Source: an uncultured Eubacteriales bacterium
GTDB lineage: Bacteria > Bacillota > Clostridia > Oscillospirales > CAG-272
Direction of reading: 5' to 3'
Assembly (NCBI GenBank): GCA_900545935.1
Contig: URAP01000001.1
Location: 65,064-129,063, forward strand
DNA length: 64,000 bases
The notes beneath the pieces were generated by a model. That model was not told the DNA's origin. It made no database searches and worked only from the letters and a program-made list of their open reading frames with translations. Both the position numbers and the translations under genes were made by a program. This document shows, piece after piece, positions 17,069 through 28,000 of this stretch; positions within the stretch are counted from its first letter, which is position 1; each line of letters starts with the position of its first letter.

Positions 17069-18409
17069 TTATTTACCGAGTCTTGACTCAAGCTCGGCAC
17101 GAAGCGCCTCATAGCCGGGCTTGCCGAGCAGTGCGTACATATTTGTTTTGTACGCTTCGACACCGGGCTGATTGAACGGGTTGACTCCGAGCAGATATGC
17201 GGAGATGCCGCATGCAAACTCGAAGAAGTATACGAGTGCGCCGAAGCTCTCGGCAGATCTGGACGGAACACTGACGATAAGATTAGGTACCCCGCCGTCA
17301 TTATGTGCAAGAGCCGTAGCCGTAAATGCGGTGTGGTTGACCTCGCTCATATTCTTGCCGGCGAGGAAGTTCATTCCGTCGAGGTTTTGCGGGTCGCTCT
17401 CGATCGGAATATCACGATCGGGCTTTTCGATATCAACAATAGTCTCGAAGAGAGTACGCTCGCCCTGCTGGATCATCTGCCCGAGCGAATGGAGATCTGT
17501 CGAGAACATTGCGGAGGTCGGGAATATACCCTTGCCGTCCTTGCCCTCGCTCTCACCATAGAGCTGCTTCCACCACTCGGCAAAGAGTGCAAGCGCAGGA
17601 TCATAAGCTGCGAGCATCTCCATCTTCTTGCCGGTACGGTAGAAATAGTTGCGAATCATAGCATACTTGACCGCATCGTTCTCTTCGATGGATGCGGTGG
17701 TATATACCGCGCGAGCATCAGCAGCGCCCTTCATCATTGCGTCAATGTCAATACCGGCAACCGCAATGGGAAGAAGTCCTACCGCAGTAAGCACCGAGTA
17801 TCTGCCGCCGATACTGTCCGGAACGACGAAGCTCTCATATCCCATGTCGGTCGAGAACTGCTTGAGTGTTCCGCGGCACTTATCGGTGGTGACAAAAATG
17901 CGTTTAACGCTCTCCTCAATACCGTACTTATTCTCGAGGAAGCTGCGCATTACGCGGAATGCAAGCGCAGGCTCGGTCGTTGTTCCGGACTTGGATATTA
18001 CGTTTATGCAAACATCCTTATCCTTGCACAGATCGAGTATCTCGGATAGATAGGTGGGAGAAATGGAGTTGCCTGCAAAATAAACCGCGGGACCGTCCTT
18101 TGCGAGCGAATTGTAGAACGGACTGTTTACGAATTCGACAGCCGCTCTTGCGCCGAGATAGGAGCCGCCGATACCGATAACGACAAAAACGTCGCAGTTG
18201 GCTCTGATATACTCAGCAGCCTTCTTGATACGGTCAAACTCTTCTCTGTCATAGTTGAGGGGGAGATCTCTCCAACCGAGATAATCACTGCCATCGCCGC
18301 TGCCGGTCATCACCTTTTCAAATGCTGACTCAGCCTCGGCTCTCATCGAGGCAAGAGCCTCGTCGGAAATAAAATTGTCTGCGTATTTTGTACTTAATTT
18401 TACTGCCAT
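17069..18409 (-). CDS. pgi: glucose-6-phosphate isomerase
   Basis: 446 aa. [14 protein letters not shown] and [14 protein letters not shown] motifs. Firmicute-type Pgi throughout. Confidence 0.93.
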   Translation of the reverse strand: MAVKLSTKYADNFISDEALASMRAEAESAFEKVMTGSGDGSDYLGWRDLPLNYDREEFDRIKKAAEYIRANCDVFVVIGIGGSYLGARAAVEFVNSPFYNSLAKDGPAVYFAGNSISPTYLSEILDLCKDKDVCINVISKSGTTTEPALAFRVMRSFLENKYGIEESVKRIFVTTDKCRGTLKQFSTDMGYESFVVPDSIGGRYSVLTAVGLLPIAVAGIDIDAMMKGAADARAVYTTASIEENDAVKYAMIRNYFYRTGKKMEMLAAYDPALALFAEWWKQLYGESEGKDGKGIFPTSAMFSTDLHSLGQMIQQGERTLFETIVDIEKPDRDIPIESDPQNLDGMNFLAGKNMSEVNHTAFTATALAHNDGGVPNLIVSVPSRSAESFGALVYFFEFACGISAYLLGVNPFNQPGVEAYKTNMYALLGKPGYEALRAELESRLGK

Positions 18410-18491
18410 ACCTTCGCCTTTTCTTTACACTTTTTATGATTACATTATACACGCAATTTTATTTTCTTGCAATAGATATTTACTATTTTTT

Positions 18492-19652
18492 TTAATTCAT
18501 CAAAAACTTTAACATTATCTGCGTAAAAACATCAAAAAACGACGCTGCTACGATGCTTCCCGAGGCAGTAATATCGCTCTCTCCGATGATATTTCCTTCT
18601 GCCGAGTATATCGCTCGACCGATGACCTGCCCTGTCTCTACCGGTGCATCGAGATATTCCGGCAGCTCGTACTCGGTAGTTATCCTGCCGTCCTGCCCTT
18701 TTTCTATAACGCGTATAAACTGCTGTGTCAGAGGTGTAACGCTGCCGCCGAGCGAGCCGTGTACCGGTATCGGATCGAGCTGCGTGCTATCGCTGCGGAA
18801 CAGCGCCTTGCTCGCAAATCCGATATCGAGCAGCTTCTTAGCCGAGGTATTTCTCGCGTCACGGCTGCTTGCCCCCATGATAACAGCAATCAGATGAAGC
18901 TCGCCTCGCTTAGCGGTCGCGCTCATGCAAAAGCCCGCCTTAGAGGTCGAACCCGTTTTCAGCCCTGTAGCACCGTCATAGAAACGGACAAGGCGATTGG
19001 TATTCGTCAGGGTAAATGCGCCGTCGCGTATAGAATCCATCCATGTGGAGCTGAATTCGAGTATCTTGTCGTGCCGCATCAGCTGAGCAGACATTATCGC
19101 GATATCGCGCGCACTCGTAACGTGATTCACTGTTGTGTCGTCAAGTCCGGTAGCGTTTTCAAAATGCGTCGAATTCATTTCGAGCTCCGCCGCTCGCTCG
19201 TTCATCCTTGCAACAAAGGCCTCCTCGCTCCCGCATACATATTCGGCAAGCGCAACGGCGGCATCATTCGCCGAGGATATCACGGTGCATTTAATAAGTG
19301 TTTCTACGCTCATCTGCTCGCCCGAAGAGAGAAAGACCTGAGAACCGCCCATTCCGGCAGCTTTTTCGCTCACCGACACATTGTCCTCGAGTGATATGCT
19401 GCCGCCGTCGACCGCCTCCATTACAAGCAGCAGCGTCATTATCTTAGTGACCGACGCGGGCGGCAGACTTTCGTCCGCATTCATCTCGTACAGCACCTCG
19501 CCGGTCTCAGCCTCCATAAGCAGCGCGCTCTTTGCATCGAGCTCGCCGGGATCAAGCGCCGCAACCGGCAAAATCGTCGTAAGCATAAGCAGTGCCGCAA
19601 GCAGACACGCCTGTATTCGGTGCCGAGTAAATACAGCCTTCATTATATTCAC
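18492..19652 (-). CDS. D-alanyl-D-alanine carboxypeptidase (PBP5/DacF-like)
   Basis: Signal peptide plus SVTK (SxxK), SAND (SxN) and KTGST (KTG) motifs. The start could alternatively be ATG 19643. Confidence 0.85.
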   Translation of the reverse strand: MNIMKAVFTRHRIQACLLAALLMLTTILPVAALDPGELDAKSALLMEAETGEVLYEMNADESLPPASVTKIMTLLLVMEAVDGGSISLEDNVSVSEKAAGMGGSQVFLSSGEQMSVETLIKCTVISSANDAAVALAEYVCGSEEAFVARMNERAAELEMNSTHFENATGLDDTTVNHVTSARDIAIMSAQLMRHDKILEFSSTWMDSIRDGAFTLTNTNRLVRFYDGATGLKTGSTSKAGFCMSATAKRGELHLIAVIMGASSRDARNTSAKKLLDIGFASKALFRSDSTQLDPIPVHGSLGGSVTPLTQQFIRVIEKGQDGRITTEYELPEYLDAPVETGQVIGRAIYSAEGNIIGESDITASGSIVAASFFDVFTQIMLKFLMN

Positions 19653-19840
19653 CGTTTCCTCTCATATTTTTTGCCGTGAGTTACGGCAGCATAAATTACG
19701 CTGTAATATTTTATTCCGTACAGGTCGAAACTATTACACAGAGCAAAGATCATTTCCGAGAGATTAACAAGCGAGGTGTAAGGATGCGCCGCTGCAAGCG
19801 GCGAGCATCACAGCGGTGCATGCTTTTCAAAGATCGGCAT

Positions 19841-19861
19841 AAAAAACCGCCGCACGGCGGT
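19841..19861 (-). terminator. short GC hairpin plus T6 downstream of folD
   Basis: Minus strand reads ACCGCC gtgc GGCGGT followed by TTTTTT. Confidence 0.5.
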
Positions 19862-19944
19862 CGTATCACCTTTCCATGCGACGATCGTTATTTTATTTTT
19901 TTCTTTTTCCGTATGATAATAATTGAGTAGATTTATATAAAAAA

Positions 19945-20832
19945 TCACTTTTTTCCGCGAAGCCGTGCTGCGGTAAGAGTATTGCGCAGCAGCATGGATA
20001 TGGTCATAGGACCTACACCGCCGGGAACGGGAGTTATCTTTGATGCGACAGGAGCGACCGAGTCGAAATCAACATCACCGCAGAGCTTTCCGTTCTCGTC
20101 GCGATTCATACCGACGTCTATAACGACGGCACCCGGCTTTATCATATCTCCGGTAATGAGCTTTGCACGTCCGACGGCGGCAACTACGATATCCGCCTCG
20201 CGGCAGAGCGCGGGAAGATCGCGCGAGCGCGAGTGCGCTACCGTTATCGTTCCGCTCTTGTGCAGGAGCAGCATCGCCATCGGTTTGCCGACTATATTGC
20301 TGCGTCCGATAACAAGGCAGCGCTTGCCCTCGATCTCGACTCCCGAGCGCTCGAGCAGCACCATGACCCCTGCTGGGGTACAGGGGAGCAGCTGTGCGTC
20401 TCCGAGCATTATATGACCGACATTTTCGGCGCGGAAAGCATCTACATCCTTTTCGGGTGAAACAGCGGCTATGACTGCGCCTTCGTCGATGCCGCTGCCG
20501 CCGTCGCGAACCGACGGGAGCGGAAGCTGCACGAGTATCCCGTCAACATCGGAATCCGCATTAAGATGCTCAATAAGCCGCAGCAGCTCCTCCTCGGTTG
20601 TCTCGGTGGGCAGACGGTACAGCAGCGAGGTCATACCGACCTCGGCGCAGCCACGCTCTTTGTTTCGTACATAAACCTGAGATGCGGGGTCCTCTCCAAC
20701 AATAATTACCGCAAGAGAGGGCTTGCGCTCCATCGCGGCGACCTCTGTCGCTATCTCGGCGCGGTACTCTGCTGCAATGCGCTTACCGTCTATGATCTTG
20801 TTACCGTACTTCTCGTAAATATTCTCTGCCAT
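19945..20832 (-). CDS. folD: bifunctional 5,10-methylene-THF dehydrogenase / methenyl-THF cyclohydrolase
   Basis: [35 protein letters not shown] and [10 protein letters not shown] motifs. Confidence 0.93.
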   Translation of the reverse strand: MAENIYEKYGNKIIDGKRIAAEYRAEIATEVAAMERKPSLAVIIVGEDPASQVYVRNKERGCAEVGMTSLLYRLPTETTEEELLRLIEHLNADSDVDGILVQLPLPSVRDGGSGIDEGAVIAAVSPEKDVDAFRAENVGHIMLGDAQLLPCTPAGVMVLLERSGVEIEGKRCLVIGRSNIVGKPMAMLLLHKSGTITVAHSRSRDLPALCREADIVVAAVGRAKLITGDMIKPGAVVIDVGMNRDENGKLCGDVDFDSVAPVASKITPVPGGVGPMTISMLLRNTLTAARLRGKK

Positions 20833-20850
20833 TTTTGCTCCTTTTATGAT

Positions 20851-21858
20851 TTACTGCTTATCGATCGAGGCGCTTATATCGGTATCGTCGGCATCATCGG
20901 TTTCGCAGGACGCGCTCGCGTCGCTTTTCTTCGCATCTGCTCCGTCCGACTCCTCACTGCTCTTTTCGGTGCTCTCGCCGATCTTTTTCTCGGCGGAGGC
21001 GGTATCGGAGGCAGTCTGTGCAATCGCCGCAACCGCCGCTGTCGAGCCGGAGGCGATAGCCCTATGCCTGAGCACGAGTAGGAATATAAGTGCAATGACA
21101 GCGCTGAGTGCGGCGAGTACCTGAGATACGCGTATGCCGCTGTTTCCGATATAGAGGCTGTCGGTGCGCAGACCTTCGATAAATGTTCTGCCGATGCCGT
21201 ACCAGATGATATACATCAGGGCTATCTCGCCGCCGAACTTTTTCTTTTTATACAGAATATTCAGAATAATAAAGCCGATAACGTTCCACAGCGATTCATA
21301 CAGAAAGGTCGGATGCACATATATCGTGCTGTCGGAGTATGCATTTCTCAGTCCCATTCTCCACGGCAGATCGGTGACGCCGCCATGTGCCTCGCCGTTC
21401 ATAAAGTTGCCCCATCTGCCGATGGCCTGAGCAAGCATAACACCGGGCAGGGTCGCATCGGTCACGCGCCCGAAGCTGAGCTTCTTTACCTTGGTGACTA
21501 TAAAAGCGGCAAGTGCTCCACCGATCACCCCGCCGTATATGGCAAGCCCGCCTGAGCGGAGATTGATAAGATCATACAGCGAGCTTACGCCGCCGTGAAA
21601 TGCGACATAGTAAAGCCGCGCGCCAACAACCCCGAATATTATAAGAAAGATGGCATAATCGAGCATATCGTCAAAGGAGATACCTTCGTTTTTCTTTGCT
21701 CTCCATGATGCATAGGCAAAAGCCGCGATCATGCCGAGCACTATAATAATGCCGTACCACGCTATGCTGATGCCGAAAACGGAAAACGCGACGCTGTTTA
21801 CCGAGAACTCGCCTATTCCGAGCCCCGGAAATGAGATTATCGTCTCATGATTTATCAT
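20851..21858 (-). CDS. lgt: prolipoprotein diacylglyceryl transferase with an acidic low-complexity C-terminal tail
   Basis: AIGRWGNFMNGEAHG and HPTFLYESLWN motifs. Start set at ATG 21858 (GGAG 6 nt upstream) rather than the ORF-track 21972. The last roughly 70 aa are Ala/Ser/Asp/Glu-rich. Confidence 0.88.
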   Translation of the reverse strand: MINHETIISFPGLGIGEFSVNSVAFSVFGISIAWYGIIIVLGMIAAFAYASWRAKKNEGISFDDMLDYAIFLIIFGVVGARLYYVAFHGGVSSLYDLINLRSGGLAIYGGVIGGALAAFIVTKVKKLSFGRVTDATLPGVMLAQAIGRWGNFMNGEAHGGVTDLPWRMGLRNAYSDSTIYVHPTFLYESLWNVIGFIILNILYKKKKFGGEIALMYIIWYGIGRTFIEGLRTDSLYIGNSGIRVSQVLAALSAVIALIFLLVLRHRAIASGSTAAVAAIAQTASDTASAEKKIGESTEKSSEESDGADAKKSDASASCETDDADDTDISASIDKQ

Positions 21859-22063
21859 ATTGTACTCCATATTTTTATAAAAATCGATGCGCGCCCTCTC
21901 GGACACACACCGATTATAGCACAAAACCGCAGTAATTTCAATAGTGCCGCAGTACTGTTTTTTGAATCGCACGTGAATATATCACGGTATCTGGCATATA
22001 TTCCGCGCCGCCGAAACAGTTGAAGAAAATTTTGCCCGAGTACTCGAATCCGAGAAAAGTGCA

Positions 22064-25000
22064 TCAAGTGCCGAAATAATAGGTCAGCGTATGCTCTTTT
22101 CCGTCATACGGAAATCTTGCGGCTTTTTTATGCGTCGGCTCCGACGCGGGAATACCGGCGGATGTCCCGGAAACAAAGGTTATCCGATAAAACGTTGCTT
22201 TCCGCTCAATCTTCAGTTCAAGACGGTTCGGCAGCTCGGGGCAAGGTTCGAGCGTAAACGAATCGCCGCACTCTCTGTATCCGAGCATATCCTCGAGCAG
22301 CAGGCGGTAATACCACCCCGACGCTCCGGTATACTGCGTCCATCCCGCCATGCCGCGCAGCTCCCCCGCCGTACATACATCGCCGGCTATAGCATAAGGC
22401 TCGCCGAGGTATATCTCGGTGCGGTGTGAGGATGGATCAAGCGCTCGGACAAGTGCCATCCCCTCCTCTGCCGCTCCGCCGCGAATTAGCGCCCGTGCAA
22501 GCCATACCGCCGCATGCGTATACTGTCCTCCGTTCTCGCGCATTCCCTCTGGATAGCTGCAGATATAGCCCGGGTCGTGCCCATCGCTGCGTCGAAGCGG
22601 AGACGACAGCAGCGCCGCCGTTCCGACAGATCGATCAAAAAGGCGCTGATATGCGAGCCGAACAGCGCCGCGCGCATAGCATAGCTCGTTCGATATGCTG
22701 TCGAGCACCTCGCTTGTCGGTTTACCGGAGGCAAGATATTTTTCGACATCCACACGCTCCGATGCGGCAAAATATGCCCAGCTCTGCGCAATACTGTCAA
22801 GCACCGGTTCACTGTCGTTCTCACATCCGAGCGGAACACCGTCACCGTAATACGCACGGATAAAATAACCGCCGCATCTGTGCCGCGGATCGAGCGTAGC
22901 CGCCGTCAGCTTTTTATACTGCGAAGCGAGAAAAGCTATATCGTCGTACTCTCCCATCCGTTCGCAGATCGGCAGCATTCTGCCGATGACCGTGCGCAAA
23001 AAGAAGCCGAGCCAAACGCTGACACCTCCGTTCCGACCGATGCCGCTCAGACCGTCGTTCCAGTCGCACGAGCCGATAAGCGGCAGGCCGTAAAGCCCGA
23101 GCCTTATCGTTCGCATGGCTCGCATGCAGTGCAGATAGATACTCTCGCGCTCCTCGGAAAATACCGCATCCTCATACCGATCGTCCTCGCGGTCGGCAAG
23201 CGGTGCGGAAACGAGATACGGGACGGGAACATCAAGAACGGCGGCATCGCCGGTCACCGAAATATAATCACCGATAATAAACGGCAGCCAAAAACGGTCG
23301 TCAGAGCAGCGGGTACGGACGCCGCGTATGGAGATACCGCCGTGCGGCAGCGGAACATCATGCCACCAGTGCATAACATCACCCTCACGGTACTGACGCG
23401 ATGCGCAGCGGATAATGTGACAGCGCGCAAGCCGCGTATCGGCATAAACAAGCGCTCCTGCATCCTGAAGCTGATCACGAAAACCGTAAGCTCCTCCCGG
23501 CTGTGCAAAACCGGTACGCCCGCGCATTCGGCTGTAATAGGTCTGATGCAGCAGAAACGACCCGAGGAGTGCGTCGATCTCGCCGAAGCAGCCGCGCATG
23601 CTTATGCCGCTGCCGATATCGCGTCTGTCAAACACATCACAGACAGCTCCCTCTCCCGAGTAGTGCTCTCGAAGATAACGCAGAAGCGGAAATGAGCCGA
23701 GCTCGGCAGCAGAGTGCGAACCGAGAGGAGTGGAAAATACGGTCAAGGCAAATACTCCCGGACACGGACGAAGCACGGCAACGGTGCGTCCCGCAAGCGC
23801 TCCGGCAAGCACGGTATATAGGTCACAGTCTGACATATGCTCGTGCGCGACCGCACCCTCTCTGCCGCAGAGAGACAGGCGCAGCTCGCAGCGGTCTAAG
23901 CCGCTGATGCGGTAGAGCTTTACCGGCAGCCGCGCCTCACAGCAGATTTCAACCATCCAGTCGTGTCCGGGCAGACTTCCGCTGTATACGGCGCATGCAC
24001 TGCGATAGCATACCTTCTCGGCACACAGCGACAGACTGTATGTCCTACCGTCTATCTCGGCAACGATATCCTCGCCGCGCAATCCGCCGGATTCGTCTCC
24101 GCTCCACGGAGTAACACGCAGCTCGCGGCTGTTTGAAAGCCAAGTAAACCCGAAGCTGCGGTCGGTCACAAGCGTACCGAGGCAGCAGCCGCCGAGCGGA
24201 TATGACCACGGCACGGGAGAACTTTTTTTCCGCATGTTAAAACCGCCGTCTGTACCGAACCGCCATCCGCTGTCCGGTGCGGCGACGGATGAGTTGTCGG
24301 CATATACCTCGACGTTTTCCCGGCGCTCGCTGTGCGGCAAAAATTCGGGTATTCGCTGAGCGGCGAGTCGTTCGGTCATTCCCGCTGCGGTATCGGAATC
24401 AGATACTGCGAGCGTAAATACCGAATAGAGTGACAGCAGACGCTTAGCCGAATCATCTCCCGACTCGAGCGGTACAAGGTGAATCCCTGATTTTGCGCCT
24501 ATAAGAAAATCCGCACCCGCAGCTTCGGCGGCGCGCAGCAGCATATCGCGTCTGCGGTCGTAGTACTCGCCGCTGCCCTCGTATGCAAACACAAGATCAA
24601 GCGAGAAGCCGTGCAGATAGAGTCGGACCGCACACTGCATGAGCTCGCGCAGTCCTCTGCCTGACTCTTCGCCGTCGCCGGAAAGAAAGAATACCCCTAT
24701 CCGCACGTCGCCGGATATGCCGTATTTCCACAGCTCATTTATCGGATATGCGTCTCCGAGCCGTGCAGGCGGCTTTTCTCTGCCGTATACAGCTGCGGTC
24801 ACGAGCTCCTCGAGGAGTCTGTCTCCGACTGTCGGCGACTTGTCGCGCATAGGCGGCAGCCGTCTGCCGAGAGTGTCGAGCAGACGACGCTTGCCCTCTA
24901 TTGCCGTAACCGCCTGCTCCTCGCATCTGCCGACTGCTATGATGAAAGCAAAGCTGCCTACGCTCTCGCAGCGCATGGCAAGCGAAGGAGAAATACATAC

Positions 25001-28000
25001 CCCCTCACAGCCGCCGAGCTCTCGTCCGAGAAGCGCGGCAATATCGGAATCGGTATACCGCTCGGGAAACAATCCTCGCCGGCGCGTGGTGAAATCATCT
25101 ATACGTCCGAATATCGGTGCGGCACACAGATAGATATGCCCGCCGTTACGGTCGCTGCGCTCATATATCAGCATCTGTCTTGCTCTGTCAAAACGCGCCG
25201 AGAATCCGAGTCCTGCATAGGCAGGATGCGAATTCCAGTTATCCTCTGATGTCAGCCGAGGCTCGAGATACAGCAGCGCCGAGCAATGCCGTTCTCCTGC
25301 TGTGCTGCCGAGCAGAAGAACGGTATTATCACTGCCGTCCGGTATCATTCTCAGCTTGTCTCCGGAGTCCGTTGTAAGCTCCGCGCTCTCGCCATCACAG
25401 TGCACGCTGCCGCACATTATCTGCGGAGCATCGCTCCCCGTGCGGAGTACTACACGCAGACAGCCGGTGCGTTCATCCTCCGGGCGAAGCATACTCTCGG
25501 TATCTATATCGACACCGCTTTTTTTCTCGTCCATAATGCCGCTGTCCGCGCCGCCCGAAATTCGCGCAAGCGAAATATCGTTTCTCACCGATACGGTCCC
25601 GCACAAAGGAAGCCTGCCGTATCTTAGCTCGGCGCAGCCGTCGGAGCAGAGACAGATGTGCATGGCACCGTCCGAAACAAGCGATGCTCGGCGTATGCCG
25701 GCAGGCAGCTCGGGAAGACACTCCCTCGTTCTTGACCCCCGCCGCACACGAGTTTTTATGCTTTCAACGCGCGGCGCGAGACTTCCGACCGGTATGCGTT
25801 CGTCGGTGAGTGTCTCGGCGCAGGCAAGCTCGGGGATCCTGCTCATTCGTTCTCTGAAAATACCGCCGCTGCAAACATTGTCTATCGCCGCAAGGCTCAT
25901 GCCCATATGATGCGACATATAGCTGCGCACTACGGCATGACCGTCTCCGACACGCGACGGTGTAAGGTCGAGCGACTCATAAAAGCCGTATCTGCCGTAC
26001 ATTCCGTACTCGCGGAGCCGAGAGAGATTTTCGAGTGCCGCTCTGCGTGAGCACTGCATGACAAGGTACGATGAATAGGGAGAATAGACGCGCTCTCCGC
26101 CGCACGGACCGAGCGCAAGCGAGGAAACGCCGATAGCCTTATAGCGATAGTTTCCGTCACGGTCGTAGGCGCAGTAGCAGCCCTCGCTCTTGCCCCACAC
26201 ACCGCGATATGCTCCGATCCGCTGTCCGCGCGCGCCGAAGCGCAGCGACTGACGCTCTGCGGTATCCTCGGCAGGCAGATAGTACAGCGTCGGCATAAAG
26301 TATTCAAATGCCGTGCCGCTCCACGACAGCATACCCACGCCCGCATGGTTGCTTGCATATACTCTGCCGAGGTTCGACCATGCCTGAGGCGGCAGCTGTC
26401 CGAGCGCAACGGCTATATAGTACGAGGTTCGGCTCTCGCTCATATACAGATCGTAAAAGCCTCGGTCAAGCTCGCCGCTCGATGCATTTATGCCGGTATG
26501 CATCAGCCCGCGCTCGGGTGAATAGAACACCGAGAAATCCGCCCCACGGAACAGACGCTCGAGTGCTTCCCGCACCTCCGCAAGCCCCGGACACTCCGGA
26601 ATGTACTCGTCAAGCGCTGAACACACCGCCATAAGCGATGCGACGAAATTTCCGCTGTCGACGGCGGAAACATACGGCGAAAGCACCGATGCTGTGCTGA
26701 CCGAGTACCAGTTGTAAAGATGTCCGTGCCATCTCTCGAGGCGCACGAGAGTGTCGGCGGTCGCTCGCAGTCTGCGCTCGGTCTCGGCTGTTCCGATAAG
26801 TCCGAGATCCCGCGCGGCAATGACCGACATAAGATACAGTCCGATATTTGTCGGAGAGGTACGGTCGGCAACACGTACCTCGCGCTGATACGATATATTG
26901 TCCGGCGGCAGATAGTTTTCCTCTGCCGTTACGGTGTCCTCAAAGAATCGCCAGATATCCGCAGCGTAGGTCAGCAGCTGTGCTCGCTCTTCGATGCTCG
27001 GAGCATCGCGGTGCTTGCCGTACGGCGTACCGAGCCGCCATGCAAGCGTCGGTGCGATGAACATCATAAGTCCAAACAGCCGCAGCATTGCCGAGCCGGT
27101 GAGCATAAAAGCAACGCCGAGCAGGACCGACGGCATCATACGGACGGTATAGTCTGTCAGCTGCCCGCTGTATCTGTCGCCCTCGGCAGCGGTTGTCCAC
27201 TCGAGCATACGCCGATGCGAAACAAGCGTTCTCCACAGCGCACGAACAGCGGCATCACCCGCGCGCGCCGCCTGATATGCGAGCGTGCACACCGAATAGA
27301 TCATCCTGCGCAGCTCAAGCATGACCGCACCGCGTATTCTTCCCGAGCGTACCGTAACTGCGCCGCCGTGTGCAAGAGCGGACGGCAGGCTCGCCATTCT
27401 GCCGAGCAGCGTTATTATGAACGGAAGGATAGCATACGAGAGGGCGAGCGGAACAATAAGCATTGCTGCAGCGCCGCCCATAAAGGCAGACAAGATGACA
27501 AGAATTAGCGAAGCGAGCGGTGTCAGCGCATGGCGAACATTGTCGAGCAGCTTAAAGTGCGACAGCGCGTCCATATCCTCGCGTCTGCCCCAAAGCCATG
27601 CCTGAACATCTCCGCGAATCCAGCGGTGAGCGCGCGTCATAAATGAAACCGGATTTTTCGGTGTCGAATCGCTGAACCGACACTCACCGTCGATGGCACT
27701 GCGCAGGATTATGCCCTCGAGCAGATCGTGACTGAGAACCGTCTCCTCCGGAAAGCGATCGCAAAGCAGCTCGTTATAGGTATCAATATCTATTATTCCC
27801 TTGCCGCAGAAATTTCCCTCGTCATACATAGACTGAAAGGTATCATATCCCGCGCTCGCATAGGTATCCGCGCCTCCGCCGCCCGAACACATTACCGCGA
27901 ACGGGGTGACCGAGGCCGATCTTGTCGTCGTGACCATTCTCGGTTGAATTATACCGTGCCCGCGTACGACATGTCCGTCCTCTATTATCGGATGTGCCGA

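Noticed and set aside
21855-22067. 70-aa ORF between the Cgs-like gene and lgt, and the 38-codon N-terminal extension of lgt (21859-21972)
   Set aside because: Neither has an RBS. Lgt homology starts at MINHETIISFPG, which has GGAG 6 nt upstream. The upstream residues are Cys/Arg-rich and atypical.
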